38,114 bases of DNA. Source: a virus. Its lineage: Duplodnaviria > Caudoviricetes. The stretch is from IMG/VR virus record IMGVR_UViG_3300038379_000845, positions 1 to 38,114 of that record. One strand, written 5' to 3'. Shown in pieces: positions 10,344 through 19,704 of the stretch. The notes below the pieces were generated by a model. It was not told where the DNA came from, did no database searches, and worked only from the letters and a program-made list of their open reading frames with translations. Within the stretch, counting starts at the first letter, position 1. Each line of letters starts with the position of its first letter. The position numbers were made by a program, and so were the translations under genes.

Positions 10344-10653
10344 CCGTTTCGGCGACATCGCCTTCAGCCAGGTGCAGGCCTACCGGCTGGAAAAAATCTG
10401 GGGCGGCCCGAAACCACGCGCCGCCGGCAGCGGTCCGCTGCAATTGCTCAAGCGAGACCACATCTTCTATCGCACGCAGTACGTCGGGTATTGCGATTGG
10501 AATCCGCGGAAGGTGATCGTCCTGGAAGTTGCCGTGGCCCGCGTGATCGAAAAACAGATTCAGCAAGCCGTCATGCAGCGCGATGCGTCGTATAAAATCA
10601 GCGCCGTGCCACGTCCGCGACCGATCTTTCATTCAGCCACGAGCGGACAGTGA
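10309..10653 (+). CDS. Hypothetical protein
   Basis: Fills the gap in the tail operon; start uncertain (ATG 10309 chosen). Confidence 0.45.
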   Translation: MDLSGLLKPRRSRFGDIAFSQVQAYRLEKIWGGPKPRAAGSGPLQLLKRDHIFYRTQYVGYCDWNPRKVIVLEVAVARVIEKQIQQAVMQRDASYKISAVPRPRPIFHSATSGQ

Positions 10654-10660
10654 ACGGACA

Positions 10661-11017
10661 GTGAACGACCGAACAGTGAACGACCGACCAGTTGCCACAC
10701 GCGATTCATTCCTGGCCTTCGCCAAACGCAAGGTCGCCAAATACTTCGTGCCGGCGCTCGGCGAGGACGTGTACCTGCAAACGTTGACGCAGGGCGAACT
10801 GATGGACTGCGGCAGTGGAGACGATCAGTTTGCCAAGATGGTCGCCTATTCGCTGGTGGACCAAGACGGGGATCAACTCTTCCACCCGCGATCACCCACC
10901 GACGTCGAGTTCATCCGCGGTTGGCAAAGCGGCATCGCGAGTGAACTGGCCGTGCTGATCCGTCGGCATTGCGGGTTGGACAAGGACGAACAGGATATCC
11001 TGGGAAACTCCGAGTGA
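10661..11017 (+). CDS. Tail assembly chaperone (gpG-like)
   Basis: VPALGEDVYLQTLT and VAYSLVDQDGDQLF; ends in the slippery heptamer G GGA AAC; start uncertain. Confidence 0.75.
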   Translation: MNDRTVNDRPVATRDSFLAFAKRKVAKYFVPALGEDVYLQTLTQGELMDCGSGDDQFAKMVAYSLVDQDGDQLFHPRSPTDVEFIRGWQSGIASELAVLIRRHCGLDKDEQDILGNSE

Positions 11018-11160
11018 GTCCCGAGCGCCTGGCCGCACTGCGCCTGGCCGCCAGGCTCGGCTACGCCTGCGTCGATCAGATGCTGCACGAACTCACGCCT
11101 CGGCAATGGTCGGAGTGGTTGGCGTTTATGGTTTTGGAAAGTCAAGAATCGAGAATCTAA
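11002..11160 (+). CDS. -1 frameshift extension of the tail chaperone (gpGT-like)
   Basis: GGGAAAC at 11002-11008 is in X XXY YYZ phase. The -1 frame reads GKLRVSPERLAALRLAARLG...LTPRQWSEWLAF and ends just before the tape measure gene. Confidence 0.75.
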   Translation, partial: GKLRVSPERLAALRLAARLGYACVDQMLHELTPRQWSEWLAFMVLESQESRI

Positions 11161-11174
11161 AGGCCTGAGTCAGC

Positions 11175-12209
11175 ATGGCGAACATTGGAACGTTGTCGGT
11201 GCAGCTCGTGGCCGACGTGAACAAACTCGTCAAGGGTTTTGAGGCCGGCAAGAAGGCTACCGCCAAATTCGCGACGCAGGTGAAAACCGCGCTGGCCACG
11301 ATCGCGACTGGCGCTGTGTTCAACAGCCTCAAAAACGCGATTCTGGAAACGGTCGATTCCCTCGACGAGCTGGGAGAAACCGCCGGCAAGCTGGGTGTGT
11401 CGGTCGAAGCGTTGCAGGAACTGCGGCATGTGGCGCAGTTCTCCGGCGTGGAAGTCTCCGCGCTCGAGAAAGCCTTGGAGGTCATGTCCCGCCGATTGGC
11501 CGATGCCGCTGCCGAAAGCGGACCAGCGCAGCAGGCCCTGCAAAAGCTACGTCTGGACGCCGCCGCCCTCACGGCGCTCGCCCCGGAACAGCAGTTCGAA
11601 GCCATCGCCAAAGCGCTCGAGGCCGTCAACAACAGCAGCGAAAAACTGGCGCTGGCGAAGGATTTGTTTGGCAACGTCGAGATTCTGAAGACCATGCAGG
11701 GCGGCCTGCAGAACATTGTCGACTTGCGCAAAGAGGCCAGACAGATCGGCATCTTTTCCACGGAGGACGCCGAACGGGCAGGTGAACTGAACGACGCCAT
11801 CGACCGCATGGCCAAAACCGTGCGCACGGCATTTGGCGAGGCTGTCGCTGGAAATCTGGAAGACCTGTCGTTGATCGTCGACACGCTGTCCCAGGCGATC
11901 AACGGATTGATTAAGGCCGTCGGAGCCATCCCCAGGGCCGGTCGATTCTTGGGCGAAACTTTCGGCAACATGGCCGTGCCAACCACGCCTGGCGTCGCCG
12001 GGTCGGCGTTCAGTACGACGCCGACTGTGAATCCCGATGTGCAGCGACGGCTGCTGGCCGACCTGGATCGCCGCGTGTCACGCACCGGCGAGGGCTTTGT
12101 GGGCAACAAAGAAGTGCTGCGTCAACTGCAGGCGATCGCCCGGAACACGACGCCGGAACCGGATCAGCAACCGGCCACCACGGTCACCATCGCGCCGGCC
12201 AATTTTTGA
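11175..12209 (+). CDS. Tail tape measure protein (short, 344 aa)
   Basis: N-terminus MANIGTLSVQLVAD, AGKLGVSVEALQELRHVAQFSG and Ala-rich helical composition; follows the chaperone pair. Confidence 0.88.
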   Translation: MANIGTLSVQLVADVNKLVKGFEAGKKATAKFATQVKTALATIATGAVFNSLKNAILETVDSLDELGETAGKLGVSVEALQELRHVAQFSGVEVSALEKALEVMSRRLADAAAESGPAQQALQKLRLDAAALTALAPEQQFEAIAKALEAVNNSSEKLALAKDLFGNVEILKTMQGGLQNIVDLRKEARQIGIFSTEDAERAGELNDAIDRMAKTVRTAFGEAVAGNLEDLSLIVDTLSQAINGLIKAVGAIPRAGRFLGETFGNMAVPTTPGVAGSAFSTTPTVNPDVQRRLLADLDRRVSRTGEGFVGNKEVLRQLQAIARNTTPEPDQQPATTVTIAPANF

Positions 12210-12218
12210 CCAGTCATT

Positions 12219-12647
12219 TCAGTCACCTTGATCGGTTGGGACAAGCTTTCCGCAGTCACCTTGATCGGTTTGGACCACAAGCTTTCCGCAGTCCTCGCAC
12301 AGAATTTGGCCGCCGTGCAGTTGGACCAGGTGCTTGGTGAAGGTGCTCCGCAGCTCCTGCACGTTGCTCACCAGCTCGCGGCAGGCCTTTGCGTCAGCTA
12401 ACGGCGTGTCCGCGTACTTCGCCTTCCAGTCTTTCAGCATTTCGACGTCACGCCGCGTATCGAGAACGTTGTCCAGCGTGGCAATCACCGTGTCGAAGAT
12501 GTTGAGTTTCCGTCCGTCTTGCGCTGGGTGGCTTCGATTGTTGACCGCGTTGTTTATCCGCCGGGCCTGCCAGCTGATGAACGCCGAGATCGCCAGGCCG
12601 ATCACGGCCAGCATGGTCGCCACGAAATCTGACTCGATGTTGATCAA
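12219..12647 (-). CDS. Hypothetical membrane-anchored protein (moron or holin-like)
   Basis: One N-terminal hydrophobic segment, a helical body and a duplicated C-terminal DCGKLV..TDQG; GGAG RBS on the minus strand. Confidence 0.6.
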   Translation of the reverse strand: MINIESDFVATMLAVIGLAISAFISWQARRINNAVNNRSHPAQDGRKLNIFDTVIATLDNVLDTRRDVEMLKDWKAKYADTPLADAKACRELVSNVQELRSTFTKHLVQLHGGQILCEDCGKLVVQTDQGDCGKLVPTDQGD

Positions 12648-12758
12648 GGGTCCATCTCTCCGTGGATGCAGCGGCCGCCAGGTCGTCGGGATTGCCAGGA
12701 TTCGACGCCGTCCACGGATTATCCTAGGCTGTTACGGCATGCGTGGGAAACGCCATTT

Positions 12759-12947
12759 TTACTCGCCGCCGCAAAGCCGCGTAATAATCAGTGTCGGACC
12801 AGAAATCAGGAATAGGACGGCGCAGCCAATACCCCACAGAAACTGCGTCGATCCCTCGTCAGACGTGGCGGCCAGGGCCATCATTCCCACCAGGCCGAGC
12901 GCGGTGGTGAGCGCGGACACACGATAGATTTTGCTGAGGAACGACAT
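12759..12947 (-). CDS. Small two-TM membrane protein
   Basis: MSFLSKIYRVSALTTALGLVGMMALAA...FLWGIGCAVLFLISGPTLII; two hydrophobic stretches. Its start codon overlaps the divergent ATG at 12946. Confidence 0.45.
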   Translation of the reverse strand: MSFLSKIYRVSALTTALGLVGMMALAATSDEGSTQFLWGIGCAVLFLISGPTLIITRLCGGE

Positions 12948-13941
12948 GGCTGCAACCTCCCATTTGGTGCTGGCCCCTGACGCGCTGATCACCTCCACCC
13001 GCGGTGGACGTTATCAGGCGACGTACGAGGTCACGGACTCGGATGAAGACAGAAAAATTACCGGACTGGCGGCAATCATCCTTGGCCAAGCGAACGGCCC
13101 AGATACGATCCCTGTTTACGGGTCGGTATTCAGTCTAACCGTCGACGGCGACCTGAACCAGGATCTGGGTTCTTTTCTCCTCGATATCCGTGCCCGCGTG
13201 GCCGGCACGCCCAACCCCGACGTCGGCATGAAGTGGAACAAGTGGTATGTGGACTGCACCTGGCGGGCCCCGGATGAGGGCGAATATCCCGGCGAAGCCG
13301 GTGTGCCAACACTACTGCGGCCGCAGCGGGTGTGGATCGAATTCGAGTCGAAGCAGGTAGAAATCGCGCAGGGCAAAAACATCCAGGCGCTTCGCACCGG
13401 ATCGCCCAATCCAGCCGGCACTAGGCTGGCGCAGCGACCGGCCAACACCGTCGGCCCGATCGAGAACGCGGCGGGGACTCCGTCCGGTCCGTTCTACCGC
13501 GAGGGGACGCTGGCCGTGATCGTCGTCCAGGACAACGTCGCCAGCTACACCGACGCGCTGACCAGAAACCTCGCCCTCGAGGGCACCACGAACAACGCCG
13601 TGTGGCTGGGAATTCCGGCCGGCCAAGCGCGATTCCTGGACTGCCGTACAGGTGAACCACTGTACGATGGCACGACCGGTACTGTCTACTTCGAACGCCG
13701 CACCAGGGTCGAGATCGCCAACGCCCGCATCCTGCTGGACGTGCCGAACCTGGGGCACGAATACGTGCAAATCAGCGGCGGCCCGGAAGGCTATATCTTG
13801 CGGCACGAGCGAGACGTGGACGGCTTACCGACCTCCGGCACGCTCGCCCTGAACTACCTGGGCGAGCCCCGCGACACGCTGGCCGAGGCCGTCATCCAAT
13901 ACGATTTCCTCGGGCCAGCCGATTACAGTGTGATCCTGTAA
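12946..13941 (+). CDS. Putative tail protein
   Basis: 331-aa beta-rich ORF downstream of the tape measure; TAATG coupling to the next gene. Confidence 0.6.
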   Translation: MAATSHLVLAPDALITSTRGGRYQATYEVTDSDEDRKITGLAAIILGQANGPDTIPVYGSVFSLTVDGDLNQDLGSFLLDIRARVAGTPNPDVGMKWNKWYVDCTWRAPDEGEYPGEAGVPTLLRPQRVWIEFESKQVEIAQGKNIQALRTGSPNPAGTRLAQRPANTVGPIENAAGTPSGPFYREGTLAVIVVQDNVASYTDALTRNLALEGTTNNAVWLGIPAGQARFLDCRTGEPLYDGTTGTVYFERRTRVEIANARILLDVPNLGHEYVQISGGPEGYILRHERDVDGLPTSGTLALNYLGEPRDTLAEAVIQYDFLGPADYSVIL

Positions 13942-15650
13942 TGACCAGCAGAGCCTTTTACCTGACGCCGCGCGACGCCGCCCGCATCAAACGCGTGATC
14001 AGTCGCGTTGAGCGGGGCGAGGCCTCGGCCACCAGCCGCAGCTTCGGCCGCGACGTGCTGCCGACGCTGGCCTTTGCCGACGAGTCCATCGCACCTAACG
14101 AGTCGGGACTGGTGACGTTCGCCGCCACCGCCTTCGACGCGCCGGTGCGGGGAACTCGGCAGGTCACCTGCTGGAACCTCTCGGCCGACACCCTGACCGA
14201 AGATTCCGACGCGTTTCAGATCGAGTGGTTTTCGCTCGAAAACGGTGGCGGCGCGTGGGTGCACTATTGCTGCGGCGGCACGGCCGCGCTCAACCTTGAC
14301 GCACTTTGTCTCGATCCGATCACGCCGGTCGACGAAACAGTCGTCACCCAGGTCCGCAAAAACAACATGCTGCGGCTGGTCGAGGACCAGGATGGCCAGG
14401 GGGCGCTGGATTTCGACCCGGGTCCGATCGAGGACGCGGTGCTGAACGCCATCGGCCCGCCCGACGATAACGGGGAAATGTCGCTAGTCTGGACGAACAC
14501 GCCCAAGCTGCGCAGCCTGGAGCTGTGCGAAGGCATGCGCATTGCCTGCGACGCCTCGACGACGACGGTGGATTCGGACCAGGTCGCCATCGACGACGAC
14601 ACCGTCATCGCCGACGCGAACTGGGCCCAGGGCTACACGTTCCGGGCACCCACCATCCAGCCGCCATCGCTCTACCCCGTCGATTCGCTCGATATCCCGG
14701 TGGACAGCGATACACTGCCTGTTGACCTGAGCGGACCCACGGCGGGCGGCGAATACGACCCTCCCTATATTGATGAACAGTACCTGTACGGACCTCCAGT
14801 ACCAGCGCGGCCCGGCGGCATCATGTACGCGGCCGGCGTCTGGCTCGGTACACGCGAACGGCACGTCCAAATTGATTTCCTCCCACCAGGCCTTTCGGGC
14901 ACGCTGACCATGCCCGACGGCGGCACGTTGACATTCGTCCATGGCGTGCTAGTCGGCCAGAACGCCGTGGCGTCGTTCGCGCTCGCCTACAGCTACTGGC
15001 AACCCACGCCTGACCAGGCCTGCGTCTGCCCCGATCCCGAGGTCTACGCGCCGTGCGAAATGCCGTCGACCGACGTCTGTAGCTACGACGACCTGTGCAC
15101 GTTCACCAGTCCTGGATTTGTTTACGGGGCCGGCTTCTTCCTGGACATTAACCGCCGCATCTCACACGGCAATCCCAATGGGCAACTCTATCGGCCGGAG
15201 ACCATCAGCCAGCGTCAGCGGATTACCTTCGTGAATCCAGGTTTCAGGTTGACCCGCGGCGCCGAGCTGCGACTGATCCCGCTAACCTTGGCTGGATCGT
15301 GCTCACCATCACAGACGTCATTCATTCAATTCGTGATCGGCGAGCGGGTGAATCCGGGCGGCGGAGACGGCATCGGTGCCGAGCTGCTGTCGCAGAAGAA
15401 CGGCGTGATCACGATGTACGAAAATCCCGACATCACGTACGTCGCCGGCGCTGAGATGGAAATCCGCGCGACACACCTCGCGGCCGATCAGTATCACCTC
15501 GAATTCCTGTATAACGGTGCCGTGATCCACGACGAACCGAGCGTCGAAATCCTGTGGTTCGACCCGTTCTACCACGAGGCGTTTATTGACTCCGCGGTGA
15601 ACGGCGACGAGCTGGCGGATTATGCGATCGAGCTGACGCCGTGTTTGTAG
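13941..15650 (+). CDS. Putative tail tip/fibre-associated protein
   Basis: 569 aa, acidic, Pro/Gly/Cys-rich, in the tail module; includes LTFVHGVLV. Confidence 0.55.
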   Translation: MTSRAFYLTPRDAARIKRVISRVERGEASATSRSFGRDVLPTLAFADESIAPNESGLVTFAATAFDAPVRGTRQVTCWNLSADTLTEDSDAFQIEWFSLENGGGAWVHYCCGGTAALNLDALCLDPITPVDETVVTQVRKNNMLRLVEDQDGQGALDFDPGPIEDAVLNAIGPPDDNGEMSLVWTNTPKLRSLELCEGMRIACDASTTTVDSDQVAIDDDTVIADANWAQGYTFRAPTIQPPSLYPVDSLDIPVDSDTLPVDLSGPTAGGEYDPPYIDEQYLYGPPVPARPGGIMYAAGVWLGTRERHVQIDFLPPGLSGTLTMPDGGTLTFVHGVLVGQNAVASFALAYSYWQPTPDQACVCPDPEVYAPCEMPSTDVCSYDDLCTFTSPGFVYGAGFFLDINRRISHGNPNGQLYRPETISQRQRITFVNPGFRLTRGAELRLIPLTLAGSCSPSQTSFIQFVIGERVNPGGGDGIGAELLSQKNGVITMYENPDITYVAGAEMEIRATHLAADQYHLEFLYNGAVIHDEPSVEILWFDPFYHEAFIDSAVNGDELADYAIELTPCL

Positions 15651-15700
15651 GATTCGGCTGCTTGAGCCTCTTTCTTGACCGATTAGTGAGGATTTGGAGA

Positions 15701-16951
15701 GTGCTGATCTACGATACGTTCCACACGCCGAAGTTGAGAATTTTTTCCATTGTGCCAGGCATGGCGGCTGGCGGGGCGGAACGCTGGTTCTGCACGCTGA
15801 CCCGGCACGCGAACACCGTGCGATACGTCGGCATGTCGATCCTGAACGGCCAGGCCATCGATCTGCACCGCGAGATCGCCGGCATGCCAAACACGTTCGT
15901 CCACTCGAACGATCCCTGGATCGTGTACGAAAAGTCAGTAGCTATCCTGCGCGAGTGCGGCGGGGCCGATCTGCTGCTGATCTGGGGCCTCGGAACTCAG
16001 GCGAACGACTTTATCGACCGCTGCAAGCTGCCAGTCGTGCAGGTCAGCCACAGCGAGCCAGCACTGGCCGAGGCCGGCATCCACCAGTCCTTCCGGCAAT
16101 ACCTGGAGATGATCCGCGGCGGTAAGGCGAACTTCTTGGCCGCGGTCAGCGAGTCCGCCAGCCGGTTGTTCGAACCGCACCGCCGCGAGCAGGCCGGTGG
16201 AGTGCACGTGGTCCACAACGGCATCGAGGTTGATCGGGCCTTGGCCGGCCGCGGTCGCCAGCAAATGCGACGGCTACTGCAGCTGCCGCAAGAGGCCAAG
16301 GTGATTTTCTACTGTGGTAGAATCTCGCACGAGAAGCAGCCGCACCGGTTGGTCGAGGCCATGCATTTATTGCCGAACGATTGGCATTTGTTGATCAATG
16401 GACATGGCGAAAAGGAACAGCGGGAGAAACTCGACGGACTCGCGCAGTCCCTCAGCCCGTCGGTTTTCTCGACGCCCGGGAAACCGCTGGGCCGAGTTTC
16501 AATCCTTCAGCCACACCTCTACGGCATCGGCGATTTGATAGGAGCTTGTGATGTGCAAGTGCTCTGCAGCCAAACGGAAGCGTTCCCGCTCGTCGCCATT
16601 GAAGCCTGGCTCGGGCGGATCCGCTTCATCACGCCGGCGTTCGCGACCATGCAAGAGCTGTTTACGGCGTATAACGCTGGCGAACCGTTCTGCCAAACCA
16701 TCCCGCTCCCCGTGAAGCCGCGCGACCTGGCCGACGCCATCCTGGACGACAGCGACGCCGAACAGCATAAGGCCACGGCCTTCAAGATCGCCATGAACAA
16801 CTTTACAGCGGCCCGCATGTGCGCGAAGTGGGAGGAGTACTTTCACTGGTGCCACCAACGCTGGATATATTCCTCACAGATCGGCGAGGTCTACAACGTC
16901 CGGCCAAACGCCGCGAATCCAGGTATCGAGCCAGCGGCCCGCGAAAACTAA
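15701..16951 (+). CDS. GT-B (GT4-like) glycosyltransferase
   Basis: GGAER, VVHNGI, GRISHEKQ and SQTEAFPLVAIEA (EX7E). Start trimmed to GTG after GGAGA. Confidence 0.9.
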   Translation: MLIYDTFHTPKLRIFSIVPGMAAGGAERWFCTLTRHANTVRYVGMSILNGQAIDLHREIAGMPNTFVHSNDPWIVYEKSVAILRECGGADLLLIWGLGTQANDFIDRCKLPVVQVSHSEPALAEAGIHQSFRQYLEMIRGGKANFLAAVSESASRLFEPHRREQAGGVHVVHNGIEVDRALAGRGRQQMRRLLQLPQEAKVIFYCGRISHEKQPHRLVEAMHLLPNDWHLLINGHGEKEQREKLDGLAQSLSPSVFSTPGKPLGRVSILQPHLYGIGDLIGACDVQVLCSQTEAFPLVAIEAWLGRIRFITPAFATMQELFTAYNAGEPFCQTIPLPVKPRDLADAILDDSDAEQHKATAFKIAMNNFTAARMCAKWEEYFHWCHQRWIYSSQIGEVYNVRPNAANPGIEPAAREN

Positions 16952-16987
16952 ACGCCGCGAGTAGCCCGCCGCTGGCTCAACTTTATT

Positions 16988-17034
16988 GGTCACCGGTCAC
17001 TGGCCACCGGTCACCGGCCACCGGTCACCGGCCA
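16988..17034. repeat. Heptamer tandem repeat GG(T/C)CAC(C/T), about 6.5 copies
   Basis: GGTCACC GGTCACT GGCCACC GGTCACC GGCCACC GGTCACC GGCCAC, intergenic. Confidence 0.9.
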
Positions 17035-17041
17035 CAAATCT

Positions 17042-17425
17042 ATGATTTCCCACGAACACCGCTGTATCTTCGTTCACGTCCCGCGCACTGGCGGGACCTC
17101 GATAGAACTAGCGGTCACGGGCACCGATTGGCAATTCTCGCACCCGCGCGAAAAGCATCTACGGTGCAGCCAGGCCCGCGACATGTACGGCGACCTGTGG
17201 CACGAATACCTGACGTTCACCAGCTACCGCAACGACCAGGAGCGCTTGCAATCGGGACTGTCGAAGGGCTTCAATCGCGACGGCGTGTGGTGCCATCCCT
17301 GCGAGTGGTGGATCGACCTGTGCGTGGACGTGGTCCTGGATTTCCGCACCCTCTGGCGTGATTGGCGGCAACTGGCAAAACGGCTCGGTGTGCAGCAGGA
17401 GATTCTGGTGCCGTGGATACGCTGA
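17042..17425 (+). CDS. Short sulfotransferase-family-like protein
   Basis: MISHEHRCIFVHVPRTGGTSIE resembles the 5'-PSB loop, and FTSYRN resembles the 3'-PB motif. Shorter than usual. Confidence 0.65.
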   Translation: MISHEHRCIFVHVPRTGGTSIELAVTGTDWQFSHPREKHLRCSQARDMYGDLWHEYLTFTSYRNDQERLQSGLSKGFNRDGVWCHPCEWWIDLCVDVVLDFRTLWRDWRQLAKRLGVQQEILVPWIR

Positions 17426-18327
17426 AAATCCGGCTCGGCGAACTCGAGGAACTGAACTGGTGGCACCCGATCGAAACCGATTGGTTCCGCCAGCTGCTGT
17501 CCGAGTTTGGTGTGCAGATTGTCACCTCTGGCCAGGACGTCGATTGGATTGACGTGCGGTATGGCAGCACGATCACGGGCCCCACGATCCTATTTGACAG
17601 GCATGATTCGTCGCTCGTCACGCCGATGGCCATCCACGAGAGCAAGCGGCCTGAGGTGCTGGCGATCACGATCCCCCTGCTGGCCAGGCAGCCAGAACTG
17701 TCGATGGCCAAGCACGTGTACAATCGCGGCGAAGATTACGCTCGGCCGAAGAAACCGGTGGGCGTGATCAACACCATGCCCTGGTATCGTTGCGAGAGTG
17801 AGTTCATGCGGGACCTGATGATCCCACCCAAGACGATCACCGCATCCTTCTGCGGCACCAGCCAGTACGGCCACATTGCCTACTGCACCAATCACCGCCG
17901 ACGCATGATCGATCGTTTCCCGCGGCACAATACCGTCTGCGTGCTGCGTGGGGCCCCTGAATATTTTTTCCAGACCGAGCTGCTGCTGGACGTGCTCCTA
18001 CGTTCGCAGGTGGTCGTCTGCCCATGGGGCGTGTGCGAGATTTCCGTGCGGGATTACGAGGCTGTGCTGGGAGAATGCATGATCGTCAAACCGCGGCAAT
18101 CGGCGATGGACACCACGGAGAATCCGTGGACGGATGGCAACACAGTGTGGTGCGATCCGGATTACAGCGACCTAACCGACGCGATCTACTGGGCCGCCGC
18201 CAAACGCGATCCCGATTATTTGCACGCGTTGGCCGAACGGATGAAGGCGGTGGTGTACGACCCGCGGGTACTGGCCCAGCGAATGGCGGCCGAGCTACGG
18301 CGGATTTATCAGGAGGCGATGGGATGA
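17413..18327 (+). CDS. Putative glycosyltransferase (exostosin-like C-terminus)
   Basis: LLRSQVVVCPWGVCEISVRDYEAVLGECMIVKP; start uncertain. Confidence 0.65.
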   Translation: MDTLKIRLGELEELNWWHPIETDWFRQLLSEFGVQIVTSGQDVDWIDVRYGSTITGPTILFDRHDSSLVTPMAIHESKRPEVLAITIPLLARQPELSMAKHVYNRGEDYARPKKPVGVINTMPWYRCESEFMRDLMIPPKTITASFCGTSQYGHIAYCTNHRRRMIDRFPRHNTVCVLRGAPEYFFQTELLLDVLLRSQVVVCPWGVCEISVRDYEAVLGECMIVKPRQSAMDTTENPWTDGNTVWCDPDYSDLTDAIYWAAAKRDPDYLHALAERMKAVVYDPRVLAQRMAAELRRIYQEAMG

Positions 18328-18989
18328 CCGAACGGCACGCTTGGTATGACGGGTTTGAGCACGAGAAACAGTTTTGGGAAGGCTGGGCCAAACGAGGCGA
18401 GGCTCAACTGCTGGGGGCGGTGCGGCCGCTGGAACCGGCGATCGCCGAGCTGCTGCCTGGCAATGAGGTGCGACGTACCACGTACAGGATACTAGACGTT
18501 GGTTCAGGGGCCATCAGTACACTTGGCCGAGAGTGGCATGGACGTCCGGTGCTGATCACCCAGGTCGACGTGCTGGGCTACTGGCACGAGGCCTTGTTGC
18601 GGCGATATGGCGTCCGCCAGCCGAACACCGTTTACTCCTGCCGCGGCGAGGATATGCTGCATTTCCTGGAAGGTCGGCAGTTCGATTGCGTGTGTGCGAT
18701 CAATTCGCTGGATCACACCGAGCACCCGGACCTGGTGCTCAGGGCCATGGCCGAGCTGACCGTGGGCCCAATCTTTCTGCGGCACTATGCCTGCGTGGGC
18801 GAGCGGCTGAAATACGCCGGTCTGCACCAATGGAACGTCGACGTCTGCGACGGCCGGATGTTGATCTGGGGCCGCGGTGGCAGCCCCATGATCGACGTCA
18901 ACGAGTTACTTGGACTGTCTGGCGTCGTCCAGCTTGACCACGCGGCAGCGAATCCGACCGTCACTTGGTTTTGGCTCGGTCATTCGTAA
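18324..18989 (+). CDS. Class I SAM-dependent methyltransferase
   Basis: ILDVGSG motif I and FDCVCAINSLDH; AGGAGG RBS; ATGA overlap with the previous gene. Confidence 0.85.
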   Translation: MTERHAWYDGFEHEKQFWEGWAKRGEAQLLGAVRPLEPAIAELLPGNEVRRTTYRILDVGSGAISTLGREWHGRPVLITQVDVLGYWHEALLRRYGVRQPNTVYSCRGEDMLHFLEGRQFDCVCAINSLDHTEHPDLVLRAMAELTVGPIFLRHYACVGERLKYAGLHQWNVDVCDGRMLIWGRGGSPMIDVNELLGLSGVVQLDHAAANPTVTWFWLGHS

Positions 18990-18993
18990 GCGT

Positions 18994-19629
18994 TCAATTC
19001 GGCGTGCGGACATACAACGCGTCGCCCCAAGCTCGCTCGGGGGCGACCGTTTTCAGATTACGGTAGCCATGGCCGCGGAGGTACGAATCGATCTGTTCGA
19101 CCTCGCAGCAGCCACGGTACACCTGTTCAAAATTGACTTCGACATAAACTCCCGCGAAGCGTTGCAGCAGCAGTCCGCAGCCCTTCAGCACGTCCAGCTC
19201 CGTGCCCTGGACGTCGATGTTCAAAAAGTCGATCCCGTCCAGATTGATACCGCGCGTGAGAACCAGCGAATCGAATCGCTGGGTGACGATCTGCACCACC
19301 TGCTCGACCGTGATCCGCGGATAGAGTTCCGTGTGGGTGCCCATGGGCAACAACGAGGTCGAACCACCAGCCAGGTACAGAGGCACGCGATAGCGACCGT
19401 CGGACAAGCACGCGTCGTACAATTCGTGCTGGCACAATTGCAGCCGCCGCGGGCGCAGGTTGGCCTTGAGCAGCCCCAGCCGATACGGGTTGGCCTCGAT
19501 CCAGATCACCCGCTGAAAGCCTGCACGCTCGTACAATTCGCGTTCCTGGGCCTCGTCCGCGCCGACGTGCACCGCGCCGGTGAAGCGGTGTCCCGCCAAG
19601 CGGCAGCATTCTTCTGGTTCAATGTACAC
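18994..19629 (-). CDS. FkbM-family methyltransferase
   Basis: AVHVGA, VIWIEANP, IDFLNIDVQGTELDVLKG, VYVEV, WGDALY. Confidence 0.92.
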   Translation of the reverse strand: MYIEPEECCRLAGHRFTGAVHVGADEAQERELYERAGFQRVIWIEANPYRLGLLKANLRPRRLQLCQHELYDACLSDGRYRVPLYLAGGSTSLLPMGTHTELYPRITVEQVVQIVTQRFDSLVLTRGINLDGIDFLNIDVQGTELDVLKGCGLLLQRFAGVYVEVNFEQVYRGCCEVEQIDSYLRGHGYRNLKTVAPERAWGDALYVRTPN

Positions 19630-19640
19630 TTATCACCTAT

Positions 19641-19699
19641 TCAGTACTCAGTACTCAGTACTCAGTACTCAGTACTCAGTACTCAGTACTCAGTACTCA
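19641..19699. repeat. (TCAGTAC)8 heptamer microsatellite
   Basis: Eight perfect copies plus TCA, filling almost the whole gap between two divergent genes. Confidence 0.97.
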
Positions 19700-19704
19700 C
19701 TGCC

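Noticed and set aside
11126-12109. 327-aa minus-strand ORF
   Set aside because: Antisense shadow of the tape measure gene in GC-rich DNA.
11184-12118. Deriving a PAM from self-matching protospacer flanks
   Set aside because: There are only three independent sites, the flanks disagree, and self flanks may be escape alleles.
18910-19704. N-terminal extension of the 506-aa ORF 18910..20430
   Set aside because: It is the antisense shadow of the FkbM gene plus the translated microsatellite; the real start is 19705.
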